Counted from the stretch's first letter, positions 1-10,326 are shown. The stretch: DNA of 64,000 nucleotides from Dehalococcoidia bacterium (GCA_011170375.1 DUEV01000009.1:1694-65693); one strand, 5' to 3'. Numbers and translations: made by a program. The notes: generated from the sequence alone by a model not told the origin.

Positions 1-14
1 CAACTGCCAAAGAG

Positions 15-180
15 ATACAAGAGGTTTGTCCCTGAGCGTAAAGAAGAGTAATTTATGACAATTCTATATTGGTGATTTAGCTTCAGGTGGTACTACGCAG
101 TACCACTTTATCATTTAATATGGTGAAAAGTTCGTTAGCAAAAATGTTAGCAAATTTTGAGGATTTGGCTAGTAGGCGGT
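15..180. repeat. ~165-nt intergenic repeat, copy A (just downstream of the minus-strand CPBP gene)
   Basis: Aligns by eye at roughly 70-75% identity with 1068..1236. It contains the hairpin GTGGTAC-N6-GTACCAC (87..106). The stem is conserved in copy B but the loop differs. Confidence 0.7.
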
Positions 181-200
181 ATATTACGATAGATAGAGCT

Positions 201-989
201 CTATTGAGTGTCACGTCTGTAAAAGTGTAGGTCGAATGGTAGCCAAACGATATGAAATAGCATATGAGCCATTATGGCAGAAAAAAGTCCGTATTGCCAG
301 AACAACCAGCCGAAGATTAGTGCAGCCCATAAATTTGAACTAATCGCTAGAGTGAGGAACATAGGTGTTTTTTGACATCCAGCTGCTAAATGACTGGGTA
401 AATGGCCAAGACCGAATAATACTCCAGAGATCACGATTGCTATCCATACCACTAAAGCGGTTGGATCCCCTGCTAACAATGATCCTAACCAAACAAGGAG
501 ACTCATCAACCCCCAGCGAGTCAAAACCTCCTCATATATACCACCATAGAGAATACGGCCCCATATCCCCAACCCCATTCTTAGGTTTTCCATACTCTTC
601 ACAGTCTGGTCATCCAATCGTGGTCTGAAAATGAGATAATAAGCAGCAATGAAGAATATCGAGCCGCCAATCCCTCCAATTAATGCAGGAACAATTTGTG
701 GTCGTAGTGCGTTCCATATTGACCCACCAGAAACTAAAGCTTCAAAAAATGGTGTTTGCAGATCGACACGATACGCGACAGCTGTCCCAACTGCTGCAGC
801 AATCGCAATTAGAGTCAAACTACCTGATATTGAAATAATGATAAGGACAGGCTTTGGCGGTATTTTCTGGCCAGCTGGTGGTTCGCTTACAACAGTCTTC
901 TCAACGGTATTAAGTACTTGGGGAATAGCTACTATTACACCAGGCGTAGATACTCCTAGAAGGCATAGGAACAACAACCAATCAAACAA
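201..989 (-). CDS. CPBP family intramembrane glutamic endopeptidase (CAAX protease / Abi-type)
   Basis: 262 aa polytopic membrane protein. It carries the three family motifs: EEVLTR (EExxxR), FGLGH (FxxxH) and HMLFH. The gene is AT-rich relative to its neighbours. Confidence 0.8.
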   Translation of the reverse strand: MFDWLLFLCLLGVSTPGVIVAIPQVLNTVEKTVVSEPPAGQKIPPKPVLIIISISGSLTLIAIAAAVGTAVAYRVDLQTPFFEALVSGGSIWNALRPQIVPALIGGIGGSIFFIAAYYLIFRPRLDDQTVKSMENLRMGLGIWGRILYGGIYEEVLTRWGLMSLLVWLGSLLAGDPTALVVWIAIVISGVLFGLGHLPSHLAAGCQKTPMFLTLAISSNLWAALIFGWLFWQYGLFSAIMAHMLFHIVWLPFDLHFYRRDTQ

Positions 990-1067
990 TTGCGTGCGAC
1001 TCTATATAGGACTTTATGGAATACATTAGTAGATATGTCTAGGCTCTGTCAACAAAATAATTAAAAA

Positions 1068-1236
1068 ATACAAGAGGTTTATCACTGAGCGTAAAACAGA
1101 GTAATTCCTAATACTGCTTTCTAGGTGATTTAGGTTTGGGTGGTACAATTAAGTACCACCTTGTCATTTAAAGTGGTTAGGAGTTCGTAGCGCTAACCTC
1201 AAAATATTGGGCAATAGGCTCTCCAACTAGTAGGCC
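1068..1236. repeat. ~165-nt intergenic repeat, copy B (downstream of the minus-strand serine hydrolase gene)
   Basis: Homologous to 15..180. The hairpin GGTGGTAC-N6-GTACCACC lies at 1139..1160. Both copies begin with an in-frame plus-strand ORF tail, YKRF(V/I)(P/T)ERK(E/T)E-stop. Confidence 0.7.
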
Positions 1237-1300
1237 TTTATGCAATGAAAGTCTGTTCTTGTGTCAGTATAACCGTTAATTGTTTGATAAACGTGACGAA

Positions 1301-2431
1301 TTAGAGACAGGCGCTATGGATGGTATCGGAGATATTGTACATGCGAAGGATGGCTTTTTCTCGGTCTGGAAGACCATTGGTGGCAATTGCCACTACCAGG
1401 TCACGAGAAGGCTCGACGAAGCCCAAAGAACTGCGATTACCGCCATGACCATAGGCGGACGGGGTACACTGGCGACCGAAGATGGTTACCATAGGCTCAT
1501 AGGGCCCCTTTTGGAATCCTAAGCCCCAGGGTGATCTAACCTCTACCCCCCAGTTAACAAGAAAGATTCTGTCCACCATATTCTTACGATGGGTGGCTGT
1601 GAAAAGGTCTACCGTTTCCTTCTTCAGGATATGGGTGCCTTCCCACTCACCCCCGTTCCAGAGAGCTAGATACAACCTACCCAGGTCATGAGCCGGGCCA
1701 TAACAGGTGCCGCCGGGTAGGGTGCGCCGTCGTGCCCTAGGGTCATTCCATGCTTCCATATTGATTGGCTGAGCGGACCTTTCCGAAATCTGAGACAGGC
1801 GGTCACCGAGTTCGGTGGCTCGTGCTTCACTAATCCCCAAGGTGGTATCCTTCATGCCAAGGGGCCTTGCTATCTCCTCTTCCAGATAGACTTCAATAGG
1901 ACGTCCATCCACCCGCCGCACGATTTCTCCCAGAATACACCAGCCAGATAGAGGGTGGTAGCCTGCTTCGGTGCCCGGTTCCCACTCCGCTGGTTCTTCG
2001 CATATTTTCTGGATGGCTGTGTCCCAATCGTAGCGTAAGAAAGGAAAGTTGTTCATCGGGAAACCGCCTGTGTGTGTCAGGACGTTTCGAATTGTAACTG
2101 CCTCTTTACCGTTGGTAAATTCGGGGATGTAGCTCTGGATACGGTCATCCAGACTCAACTTGCCCCGCTCGATTTGCTGCGCGATAGCCACCGATGTTAA
2201 CGGCTTACCAGCGGAGAACCAAAGCATCACTGAATCGGTTCGTAGTGGTACCGCAGGTTGAGCCTCACCGATTGCTATATCGAGAAGTGGCTGGCCCTTG
2301 CGAGCCACAAAAAGCTGGGCTCCATCTTGTAGACCTTGCTCCCGCTGCTCCTCTAATAGCTGTATAGCCTTCTCTAATCCTTCTCTGGCTACCCCGACCT
2401 TCTCGGGGTCACGTATGAGTCCTCCGTCCAC
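1301..2431 (-). CDS. serine hydrolase, beta-lactamase/esterase (class C-like) family
   Basis: 376 aa with an SxxK motif (FSAGKP), and length and composition typical of EstB/AmpC-like hydrolases. GTG start preceded by AAAGGGG. Confidence 0.7.
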   Translation of the reverse strand: MDGGLIRDPEKVGVAREGLEKAIQLLEEQREQGLQDGAQLFVARKGQPLLDIAIGEAQPAVPLRTDSVMLWFSAGKPLTSVAIAQQIERGKLSLDDRIQSYIPEFTNGKEAVTIRNVLTHTGGFPMNNFPFLRYDWDTAIQKICEEPAEWEPGTEAGYHPLSGWCILGEIVRRVDGRPIEVYLEEEIARPLGMKDTTLGISEARATELGDRLSQISERSAQPINMEAWNDPRARRRTLPGGTCYGPAHDLGRLYLALWNGGEWEGTHILKKETVDLFTATHRKNMVDRIFLVNWGVEVRSPWGLGFQKGPYEPMVTIFGRQCTPSAYGHGGNRSSLGFVEPSRDLVVAIATNGLPDREKAILRMYNISDTIHSACL

Positions 2432-2470
2432 GTTCAGCCCCTTTCATTCGATAAGATAGATAAATGGTTT

Positions 2471-5400
2471 TTATGCCTCAAGGATTTCTTTATGCTTCAA
2501 TGCACGCTCTAGGGAGGGCTGCATTTTCATCTCGCGGAACTCACTGATGGCGAAGTCCAGGTGCTGCAATGCTTCCTTTTTCTCCTCCGGGTAGTGCTCC
2601 AGGAGTAGCTCACCAAGCTGGAGCCGGGTGAGGGCTATTTCGGGGCGGAACCTCATATCGGTAGCGAGCTTCAGGGCTTCAGTGTAGTAGGTACGGGCTT
2701 CCTCCGGTCTGCCCAGGAGGGCCGCCGCTGCTCCCATATGACGTCCAGCGCAGGTTGTATAAAAATGACCCGTTGTGCGCCTGCTGCTATCAGCTAATCG
2801 GTCGAGCAGTAGTTGAACCGCCTGGTGGTGCCCCACCAGAATCGCGGCCTCCAGGAGCTGAATATCATGGTGTTCCGGCCTTTCATCCGCGGCAGAGCCA
2901 ATGCCAGGACGTGTCATAACATGCTCTTCTATAATCTTCACCGCCTGCTCCTCTCGTCCAAGGTGAGCCAGGCCGAGAGCCATTATTGTAGTATCAGCTG
3001 AAGCCTCCAACGTTTGCTCGAGGTAATCGTCGGCTTTTCCAAGATGTAACTGCGGCCTGAGGCTACTTACAGCCGCCTGTATGCTAGCAAATTCATGAAG
3101 CTCCAGTTCTTCGCCGCGAGACACGATGTCATGGGCCATTTTTACGGCCTCTTCTAAGTGCCCATCCAGGGCAGCCAGGGCGGTATCGAACGACTGTGAT
3201 ATGAGCAGAAGATTTGCCTGTTTGTTGTGCTCAGCCAGACCTCGGAACTCTATCATGATCTCTTCGGCACGTTGCCGTTGCCCCCAAGTGAGGAAAGTTG
3301 ACGCCGTCATGTATAGCGCCATGATAACCATTCCGGTACGCGACATTGCCGCCAGTTCCTCAGCCAGTCGAAGCTGTTCCTCAGCATGCTGTGGCGCCAA
3401 TACGAAGTGCATCCAGTAGGAGGCAACCAGCCAGAATGTTCCGGGCTGGTCAAGGCGACGAGCCAGCTCAAGGGCTCTACTGAGTAGAGGGACTCCCTCG
3501 TCTGGATGGTCCATAGTGCATTTAACTGTTCCTAAAAACATGTCAGCCCGAGCCCGGTCTACTGTGTCTGGTTCAGCATATTGGTCAGCTCTCTCCGCCC
3601 ACTGGACTGCCTCAGGGCTGCGAAACGCCGACAGAGCACCATAGTTTATCAACGCAGCCATAGCCCGCCGGCAGACCTGCAATGCACGCTTCCTGTCACC
3701 GATATCCTCGGCCAGGGAAAATGCTGCGGGCAGTTCAACGTCGAGAGCACGTCTAGGTTCACCGGCGATATTCAGGGCGCTTGCCAGGACCTCGAGCAGG
3801 TCACACCGCTTTCCCTTATCCTCTGGGTCCACTATCTCTTGTATCTTCAGGGCCTGCGCCAGCAACCGTACCGCTTCCGCGTAAGCGTAGACAGACCGTG
3901 CTCGTTGCGCGGCCATCTCACCATAGCTGACTGCCTTGGCTAGGTCAGCAGCATCTGAGGAGTATGAGAAATGTTCGGCAAGCTCAACAGCGTGCTCCTC
4001 AAGTCGTGTAGCATAAACCTCCTCTAATACTCGGGCTACCTGCTGGTGTAAACGGATACGCTCAGGGGCAATCATCTCCTCATACAGGGTCTGACGGAAG
4101 AAGGCATGAGCAAAGCGGTATGTCACCGCCGCTCCCACCGAAGGACGTTCCTCCACAACCGCGGCCCCTTTCGCCTGCCGTAAGACAGCAAACAGCTCGT
4201 CTTCAGAAACTCCAACTACGCGTTGCAATACTACCAGTCGGAATTCCCGCCCGATAACAGAGGCAATGGAAAGCAGGCGATTGCACTCCGGGCTCAGAAG
4301 GGTCAGACGCTTGCCAATGACGTCCCGCAACCCTTCCGGTATGCTCATCGCTAGAGGTGTATCCCTAGTCGCCCGCCAGCGTCCTTCTTCATGGCTGATG
4401 AGCCCCTCTTCGACCAGGTAACGCACTACCTCCTGCACGAAGAGCGGATTCCCCTCTGTCTGCCGGTGTACCGCTTCGGCCAAGCTCCAAGGGATTTCCT
4501 GTCCCGTGATGCTCTCCAGCATCCGCCTGACCTCATCAGCATTGAGGCCACGCAAGAGGACGCGGTCAAAGGTAGCAACACGCCTTAGCTCAGCCAGCGC
4601 TGCTGACAACGAATGGGTACGGTTAATTTCCACATCGCGATATGTGCCAACAATTAAAAGCCGCACCCCGACAAGGTTGTGGGAGACATGTATCAACATC
4701 TCTAGAGTACCCTTGTCGGCATCATGCAGGTCTTCCAGTAAAATAAGCAGCGGCTGGACTTTAGCAGCATTGGTAAGGAAACTGGTAACCGCCTGCATGA
4801 GGCGGTAGCGCTCTTCCTCTGGACTCTCGGATGGTTTTGGCTCTACCTTCAGCTTCTCCCTTATCTCAGAGATGATACGGGCAACGTCAGCCGCACCAGT
4901 ACCAAGCTCCCTCCTCAAGTCTCTGGTATCACGGGTGAGGACATAGGATCGCATCGCTTCAACGAAAGCCAGGTATGGAAGCGACAAAGACCCTTCCTCG
5001 TAGCAGTGTCCCACCAGGGTCTTGCCACCTCTGAGTGTCACGTAGGTAGATAGCTGCTCACAAAGGGCGGTCTTACCGATACCCGGCTCACCCACCACCA
5101 TCATCAAGGCGCCCTGCCCCGACATGGCACCGTCAAAGGCTGCCTGGAGCTGTTTCTGCTCCGTTTCACGGCCAACGAAGACACGGCGGTAGAGGGGACT
5201 TTCGGGTGCCGTGGCTACCTGTGATACTGTCTCGGTTACCTTACCCTGTTCAATGGACTCCAGGATTTTGAGGACGTCAGCCGCCGAGGCGGGTCTTTTC
5301 TCTGGGTCTTTCTCAAGTAGTTGCAGAATAAGCACTTCTAGTCCCGGCGGCAGGTCGGCCCGGTGCCAGGTGGGTGATACTACCGAGGTGTTGATGTGCT

Positions 5401-6262
5401 GCCCAATGATAGCCACCGAATCATCCCCGATGAAGGGTGGTCTACCCGTTACCATCTCGTAGAGCATCGCTCCCAGCGAGTAGAGGTCTGCTTTCGGTGT
5501 TAACTTGCCGCCCATTGCCTGCTCCGGTGGCATGTAGGATACCGTACCTACCATCATCCCCGACTGCGTAAGGCGGGAGAGGTCGACCGCCACCGCTAGA
5601 CCGAAGTCGCCTATCTTGGCAGTACCGTCGGCACTAAGCCAGACGTTACCAGGCTTCAAATCTCTATGGATGATACCCTTCGAGTGAGCAAACTCCAGGC
5701 CCTGGCAGACTGATTTGGTAATGCCGATAACCTGCTCGAGAGGTAGTCGGTGTTCGGGTGCCTTCTCGATAAGCCCCTCGACGTCCCCGCCGGACATAAC
5801 AGGCAGGACAATGTAGGGCTGGCCCTCGTGCTCCCCCATATCATGGATAGTGACGATATTGTGATGGTCACCGAGCCTGCCCATAGCCTGAGCTTCACGC
5901 TTGATACGGGTACGAGCCTCGTCGTCAAGTTTCTCGATCTTTATAAGCGCAAAGGCAACGTCGCGGTCTAGGGTATTGTCATGTACCAGGTAGACCTTCT
6001 TCTTACCACCTTCACCAAGTAACTGCTTGACTTGGTAACGGCCACTAGCAAAGGAGGTGGGTTGAGAGGAGGATGGCGCTTCGGGGGTTGGTACAGGTGC
6101 CTGCTCAGTCAAGGGATGGCCGCACTTAAAACAGAATTCATGGTCCTGCGGATTCGCATTCCCGCATTGTGGACACACGATCTCGGACTGGAGCGACTGG
6201 CCGCACTTACCGCAGAATAGTGCTCCACCCAGATTGTCGTACTGGCACTTCGGGCATATCAT
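2471..6262 (-). CDS. multidomain Ser/Thr protein kinase: double zinc ribbon + kinase + AAA/STAND ATPase + TPR-like C-terminal region (PknK-like architecture)
   Basis: Domains read from the translation:
- Two CxxC..CxxC pairs at the N-terminus.
- Kinase motifs VAFALIK, HRDLKPGN, DFG and SYMPPE.
- Walker A GEPGIGKT and Walker B LLILLEDLHDAD.
- A long helical repeat C-terminus.
I moved the start to MICPKCQ (6262), because the ORF-track start at 6307 overlaps a promoter conserved with the paralog. Confidence 0.85.
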   Translation of the reverse strand: MICPKCQYDNLGGALFCGKCGQSLQSEIVCPQCGNANPQDHEFCFKCGHPLTEQAPVPTPEAPSSSQPTSFASGRYQVKQLLGEGGKKKVYLVHDNTLDRDVAFALIKIEKLDDEARTRIKREAQAMGRLGDHHNIVTIHDMGEHEGQPYIVLPVMSGGDVEGLIEKAPEHRLPLEQVIGITKSVCQGLEFAHSKGIIHRDLKPGNVWLSADGTAKIGDFGLAVAVDLSRLTQSGMMVGTVSYMPPEQAMGGKLTPKADLYSLGAMLYEMVTGRPPFIGDDSVAIIGQHINTSVVSPTWHRADLPPGLEVLILQLLEKDPEKRPASAADVLKILESIEQGKVTETVSQVATAPESPLYRRVFVGRETEQKQLQAAFDGAMSGQGALMMVVGEPGIGKTALCEQLSTYVTLRGGKTLVGHCYEEGSLSLPYLAFVEAMRSYVLTRDTRDLRRELGTGAADVARIISEIREKLKVEPKPSESPEEERYRLMQAVTSFLTNAAKVQPLLILLEDLHDADKGTLEMLIHVSHNLVGVRLLIVGTYRDVEINRTHSLSAALAELRRVATFDRVLLRGLNADEVRRMLESITGQEIPWSLAEAVHRQTEGNPLFVQEVVRYLVEEGLISHEEGRWRATRDTPLAMSIPEGLRDVIGKRLTLLSPECNRLLSIASVIGREFRLVVLQRVVGVSEDELFAVLRQAKGAAVVEERPSVGAAVTYRFAHAFFRQTLYEEMIAPERIRLHQQVARVLEEVYATRLEEHAVELAEHFSYSSDAADLAKAVSYGEMAAQRARSVYAYAEAVRLLAQALKIQEIVDPEDKGKRCDLLEVLASALNIAGEPRRALDVELPAAFSLAEDIGDRKRALQVCRRAMAALINYGALSAFRSPEAVQWAERADQYAEPDTVDRARADMFLGTVKCTMDHPDEGVPLLSRALELARRLDQPGTFWLVASYWMHFVLAPQHAEEQLRLAEELAAMSRTGMVIMALYMTASTFLTWGQRQRAEEIMIEFRGLAEHNKQANLLLISQSFDTALAALDGHLEEAVKMAHDIVSRGEELELHEFASIQAAVSSLRPQLHLGKADDYLEQTLEASADTTIMALGLAHLGREEQAVKIIEEHVMTRPGIGSAADERPEHHDIQLLEAAILVGHHQAVQLLLDRLADSSRRTTGHFYTTCAGRHMGAAAALLGRPEEARTYYTEALKLATDMRFRPEIALTRLQLGELLLEHYPEEKKEALQHLDFAISEFREMKMQPSLERALKHKEILEA

Positions 6263-6294
6263 GTCGAACGCCTCTGTGCTGGCTCGGTGCCCAT

Positions 6295-6323
6295 AGTCTA
6301 GAGGCAAATCAGGGTGATGTCAA
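6295..6323 (-). promoter_or_regulatory. sigma70-like promoter of kinase 1 (-35 TTGACA, 17 nt spacer, -10 TAGACT)
   Basis: The minus strand reads TTGACA-N17-TAGACT. The same arrangement and surrounding sequence are conserved upstream of the paralog at 10359..10387. Confidence 0.5.
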
Positions 6324-6528
6324 GACGCGAAAGCGTAGAATGAAAAAACATCGAGATGTCGACATGGGCGTAAAAATTACTTGATTCCTTTTTGTTTCAG
6401 TGTAAAAAGGTCACAATCTGAGTATTTGTGACATTACGGTTACTACCTACTAAATTGTTAAACGGAATAAAAAAAGGAATGAATGTCTGCCTGCGTGGGG
6501 GTGGGTAAGTACCAACAGGGCTGAGGTT

Positions 6529-9500
6529 CTACGCCCCCAGTATCTCCTTGTGCCTCAGTGCCCTCTCCAGCGAGGGCTGCATCTTCATCTCGCGGAACTC
6601 GTTGATGGCGAAGTTCAGGTGCTCCAGTGCCTCCTTTTTCTCCTCCGGGTAGTGCTCTAATAGGAGCTCGGCGAGCTGGAGACGGGTGAGGGCCAGCTCT
6701 GGGCGGAACCTCGCATCTGTGCAGACCTTGATGGCTTCCTGGTAGTGCTTACGGGCTTCTTCATATCTGCCCAGAAAAGCGGTGGCAGCTCCAAGATGGC
6801 GTGGGACGCATGTCATTGTCCACACAACGTTTACAGGAGCGAAACTGCCGGTGTACCGACGAAGCAGCAGCTCAGCCCCTTCCTGGTGCCTGACCAGCAA
6901 TGCTGCCTCAAGATACGCAATACTTTCGGACCCGGGGGTCTCGTCCGCGGCGGAGCCAGCACCCGGGCGTTTCACGACAAGCTCGTCCAGCATTTCCTTC
7001 ACCTCAGCATCCCGGCCGAGGTGCGCCAGCCATAGCACCCTCTCTTCGGGTCTTACTGTTGCCTGACGGGTTTCCATGAACCGAAGATGTTCCTCGAGCT
7101 TTCCGAGGTAGAGCGGGGCCTGTCCAGTGCCACCAGTTATTGTGAGAGCGAATTCAAGGACACCCAGTTCCTCGGCACGGGCGAACAGTCGACCATATAT
7201 CTCTACGGCTTCCTCCAGGTGCCCATCCAGAGTCGCCAGCCAGATGTCATACCACATTGATATGATTCGGTAAAGCCCTACTCTGGAACGCTCTACCAGA
7301 TCCCGGCACTCGCCCATGCACATCTCATAGCGCTGGCGCTGCCCCCACTCCAAGAAGACAGCGCCCATATATTGGAGGGTATTTATTTGGTCCCGTATGT
7401 TCTGGTCAGCACGTGATTGCTTTATTATTTCCTCCATTTCCTCTGCCAGGTGCAGCCTCTCCTCGGCGTGCTGTGGCGCCTGTACCCAATACAACCACAA
7501 ACTGGCTACCAACATGAATGTGAGGGTGTCACCAAGGCGGCGGGCCAGCTCGAGGGCACGGGTGAGGAGGGGCACGCCTTCCTCCCAATTGTCTACAACG
7601 CACTTCACCTGCCCAAGAAACATGTCAGCCCAGGCTCGCGCCGCTGTACCCGGCTCAGCGTAGCGGTCGGCCTGCGCCGCCCATTCGGCTCCCTCAGTGC
7701 CGACCTCCTTAGTCCAGCTAAGCAGCGCCCCCCTAGCCAACTGGCAGGTCCGGAAGGCACGCCGGCTGTCACCGATTTCCTCGGCCAGTGAGAAAGCTCT
7801 CGGTATCTCGACATCGAGAGCGTGACGAGGTTCGTCTGCCAGGACGAGAGCATTGCCCAGGGCTCGCAGCAGGTCGCACCGCTGGGTCTTGTCCTCTGGG
7901 TCAAGCACCTCCTGTACCTTAAGGGCTTGCTCCAGTAGCCGCACGTTTTCCCCGTAGGCGTAGACAGCCAGTGCACGTCGCGCCGCCATCTCACTGTACT
8001 CCAGGGCTTTCACCAGGTCCTCATGTTCGGTGCTCTGAGCAAAGTGCTCGGCCAGCTCAGCCGCATGCTCCTCGCGCCGTCTTGCGTACACCTGTTCCAG
8101 AGCACGGCCCACCTGCTGGTGGATGCGGATACGGCGTGGGGTAAATATCTCTTCATAGAGTATCTGGCGGAAGAAGGCATGGGTGAAACGGAAGGTAGCA
8201 CCGACCCCCACGGCGGAGCGCTCCTCCAGCACCGCAGCGTTCTTGGCTTCTTCCAGAGCAGAGAGAAGCTTGTCCTCTGGTACCTCAGCTACTCTCTGCA
8301 GAACATCAAGACGGAACTCCCGACCGATGACAGCAGCAATAGAGAGTAGCTGGTTGCACTCCGTGCTCAGAAAAGACAGGCGTTTGCCTACGACGTCACG
8401 CAACCCCTCGGGGATGCTCATCTCCAGTGTGGTAACCCGCCACTGTCCTTCTTCACGACTGATAAGCCCCTCCTCAACCAGATAACGTACCACCTCCTGC
8501 ACGAAGAGGGGGTTGCCCTCGGTCTGGCGGTGTACCGCCTCGGCCAGACCCCAGGGTACCTCCTGCCTGGTGATGCTCTCCAGCATCCGCCTGACCTCAT
8601 CGGCATTGAGACCACGTAAGAGGACGCGGTCAAAGGTGGCGACACGCCGTAACTCCGCGAGCGCTGCCGATAATGGGTGGCTGCGGTCTACTTCAACATC
8701 ACGATAGGTGCCGACAATCAGGAGCCTTGCACCTGACAGGTTACGCGAGACGTGGGTCAGCATCTCTAAAGTACCCTTGTCAGAATCGTGCAGGTCTTCT
8801 AATATAATCAGTAATGGCTGAACGGTGGCAGCGCTGGTTAGGAAACTGGTGACAGCCTGCATGAGCCGGTAGCGCTCCTCCTCAGGGTCACCTGGTGGTC
8901 TCGGCTCTACCTTGAGCTTTTCCCTTACCTCGGAGACGATACGGGCAACATCTGCAGCCCCCGTACCCAGTTCCCTCCGCAAGTCTCTGGTCTCTCGTGA
9001 CAGCACATAGGAGCGCATCGCCTCGACAAAGGCCAGATAGGGCAGCGACAGCGAGCCTTCCTCGTAGCAGTGACCCACCAGGGTCTTACCGCCTCTCAGT
9101 GTGACGTAGGTAGCCAATTGCTCGCAGAGAGCGGTCTTACCGATACCCGGCTCTCCTACTACCATCATCAGGGCACCCTGCCCCGACATGGCACCGTCAA
9201 AGGCCGCCTGCAACTGCTTCTGCTCCGGTTCACGGCCAACAAACACCTTTCTATATAGGGGGCTCTCCGGGGCAGCCGTTACCTGTGATGGCTCTTTCTC
9301 AACCTTACCCTGCTCAAGGGACTCTAAAGCCTTAAGCACATCACCAGCCGAGTTAGGCCTTTTCTCCGGGTCTTTCTCAAGCAGTTGCAGGATGAGCACC
9401 TCTAGTCCTGGTGGCAGGTCGGCCCGGTGCCATGTGGGCGATACCACCGACGTGTTGATGTGCTGGCCAATGATGGCCACCGAGTCGTCCCCGATGAAGG

Positions 9501-10326
9501 GCGGTCTGCCTGTCACCATCTCGTAGAGTATTGCCCCCAGTGAATAGAGATCGGCTTTCGGTGTTACCTTGCCACCCATCGCCTGCTCCGGGGGCATGTA
9601 GGACACCGTGCCCACCATCATGCCCGACTGTGTCAGGCGGGAGAGGTCAACTGCCACCGCCAGACCGAAGTCGCCGAGCTTGGCGGTACCGTCGGCACTG
9701 AGCCAGACGTTACCCGGTTTCAAGTCTCTATGGATGATACCCTTGGCATGGGCGAACTCCAAGCCCTGACAGACACACCTGGTAATGTAGATAGCCTGTT
9801 CGAGGGGTAGTCGGTGCTCGGGTGCTTTCTCGATAAGCCCCTCGACATCACCACCAGACATCAGGGGTAGAACGATATAGGGCTGGCCCTCTTGCTCCCC
9901 GAAGTCATAGACAGTGACGATATTTGGGTGGTCGCCGAGCCTGCCCATCGCCTGGGCCTCACGCTTGATGCGGGTACGGGCCTCGTCGTCGAGCTTTTCG
10001 GTCTTAATCAGGGCAAAGGCCACGTCACGGTCAAGGGTGTTATCGTGGGCCAGGTATACCTTTTTCTTACCGCCCTCACCGAGGAACTGCTTGACCTGGT
10101 AGCGGCCCCCAGCGAAGGAGGTGGGTTCGGGGGAGGGGGGCGCTTCAGAAACTGGTGTGGGTGCCGGTTCGGCCAATGGGTGGCCACATTTCTCACAGAA
10201 TCCACTGTCTGCAGGATTGGCATGTCCACACTGAGGGCACTCAAGTTCTGATTGCAGTGACTGGCCGCATTTTCTGCAGAACTCAGCCCCTTCGCGATTC
10301 TCTGTCTGGCATTTTGGGCACTTCAC
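6529..10326 (-). CDS. multidomain Ser/Thr protein kinase, tandem paralog of 2471..6262 (zinc ribbon + kinase + STAND ATPase + TPR)
   Basis: 1265 aa with the same motif set (HRDLKPGN, DFG, GEPGIGKT, ILEDLHDSD). Identity to the neighbour is very high across the N-terminal about 650 aa and the last about 60 aa, and much lower in between. Confidence 0.85.
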   Translation of the reverse strand: MKCPKCQTENREGAEFCRKCGQSLQSELECPQCGHANPADSGFCEKCGHPLAEPAPTPVSEAPPSPEPTSFAGGRYQVKQFLGEGGKKKVYLAHDNTLDRDVAFALIKTEKLDDEARTRIKREAQAMGRLGDHPNIVTVYDFGEQEGQPYIVLPLMSGGDVEGLIEKAPEHRLPLEQAIYITRCVCQGLEFAHAKGIIHRDLKPGNVWLSADGTAKLGDFGLAVAVDLSRLTQSGMMVGTVSYMPPEQAMGGKVTPKADLYSLGAILYEMVTGRPPFIGDDSVAIIGQHINTSVVSPTWHRADLPPGLEVLILQLLEKDPEKRPNSAGDVLKALESLEQGKVEKEPSQVTAAPESPLYRKVFVGREPEQKQLQAAFDGAMSGQGALMMVVGEPGIGKTALCEQLATYVTLRGGKTLVGHCYEEGSLSLPYLAFVEAMRSYVLSRETRDLRRELGTGAADVARIVSEVREKLKVEPRPPGDPEEERYRLMQAVTSFLTSAATVQPLLIILEDLHDSDKGTLEMLTHVSRNLSGARLLIVGTYRDVEVDRSHPLSAALAELRRVATFDRVLLRGLNADEVRRMLESITRQEVPWGLAEAVHRQTEGNPLFVQEVVRYLVEEGLISREEGQWRVTTLEMSIPEGLRDVVGKRLSFLSTECNQLLSIAAVIGREFRLDVLQRVAEVPEDKLLSALEEAKNAAVLEERSAVGVGATFRFTHAFFRQILYEEIFTPRRIRIHQQVGRALEQVYARRREEHAAELAEHFAQSTEHEDLVKALEYSEMAARRALAVYAYGENVRLLEQALKVQEVLDPEDKTQRCDLLRALGNALVLADEPRHALDVEIPRAFSLAEEIGDSRRAFRTCQLARGALLSWTKEVGTEGAEWAAQADRYAEPGTAARAWADMFLGQVKCVVDNWEEGVPLLTRALELARRLGDTLTFMLVASLWLYWVQAPQHAEERLHLAEEMEEIIKQSRADQNIRDQINTLQYMGAVFLEWGQRQRYEMCMGECRDLVERSRVGLYRIISMWYDIWLATLDGHLEEAVEIYGRLFARAEELGVLEFALTITGGTGQAPLYLGKLEEHLRFMETRQATVRPEERVLWLAHLGRDAEVKEMLDELVVKRPGAGSAADETPGSESIAYLEAALLVRHQEGAELLLRRYTGSFAPVNVVWTMTCVPRHLGAATAFLGRYEEARKHYQEAIKVCTDARFRPELALTRLQLAELLLEHYPEEKKEALEHLNFAINEFREMKMQPSLERALRHKEILGA

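Noticed and set aside
649-1029. 126-aa plus-strand ORF overlapping the CPBP gene
   Set aside because: The minus-strand CPBP ORF carries all three catalytic motifs and a TM pattern. The plus-strand ORF has neither.
2471-10326. Diversity-generating retroelement as the cause of the variable C-termini of the kinase paralogs
   Set aside because: The window contains no reverse transcriptase and no template-repeat copy of the variable region. The divergence is spread over hundreds of residues rather than being adenine-specific in a short variable repeat.
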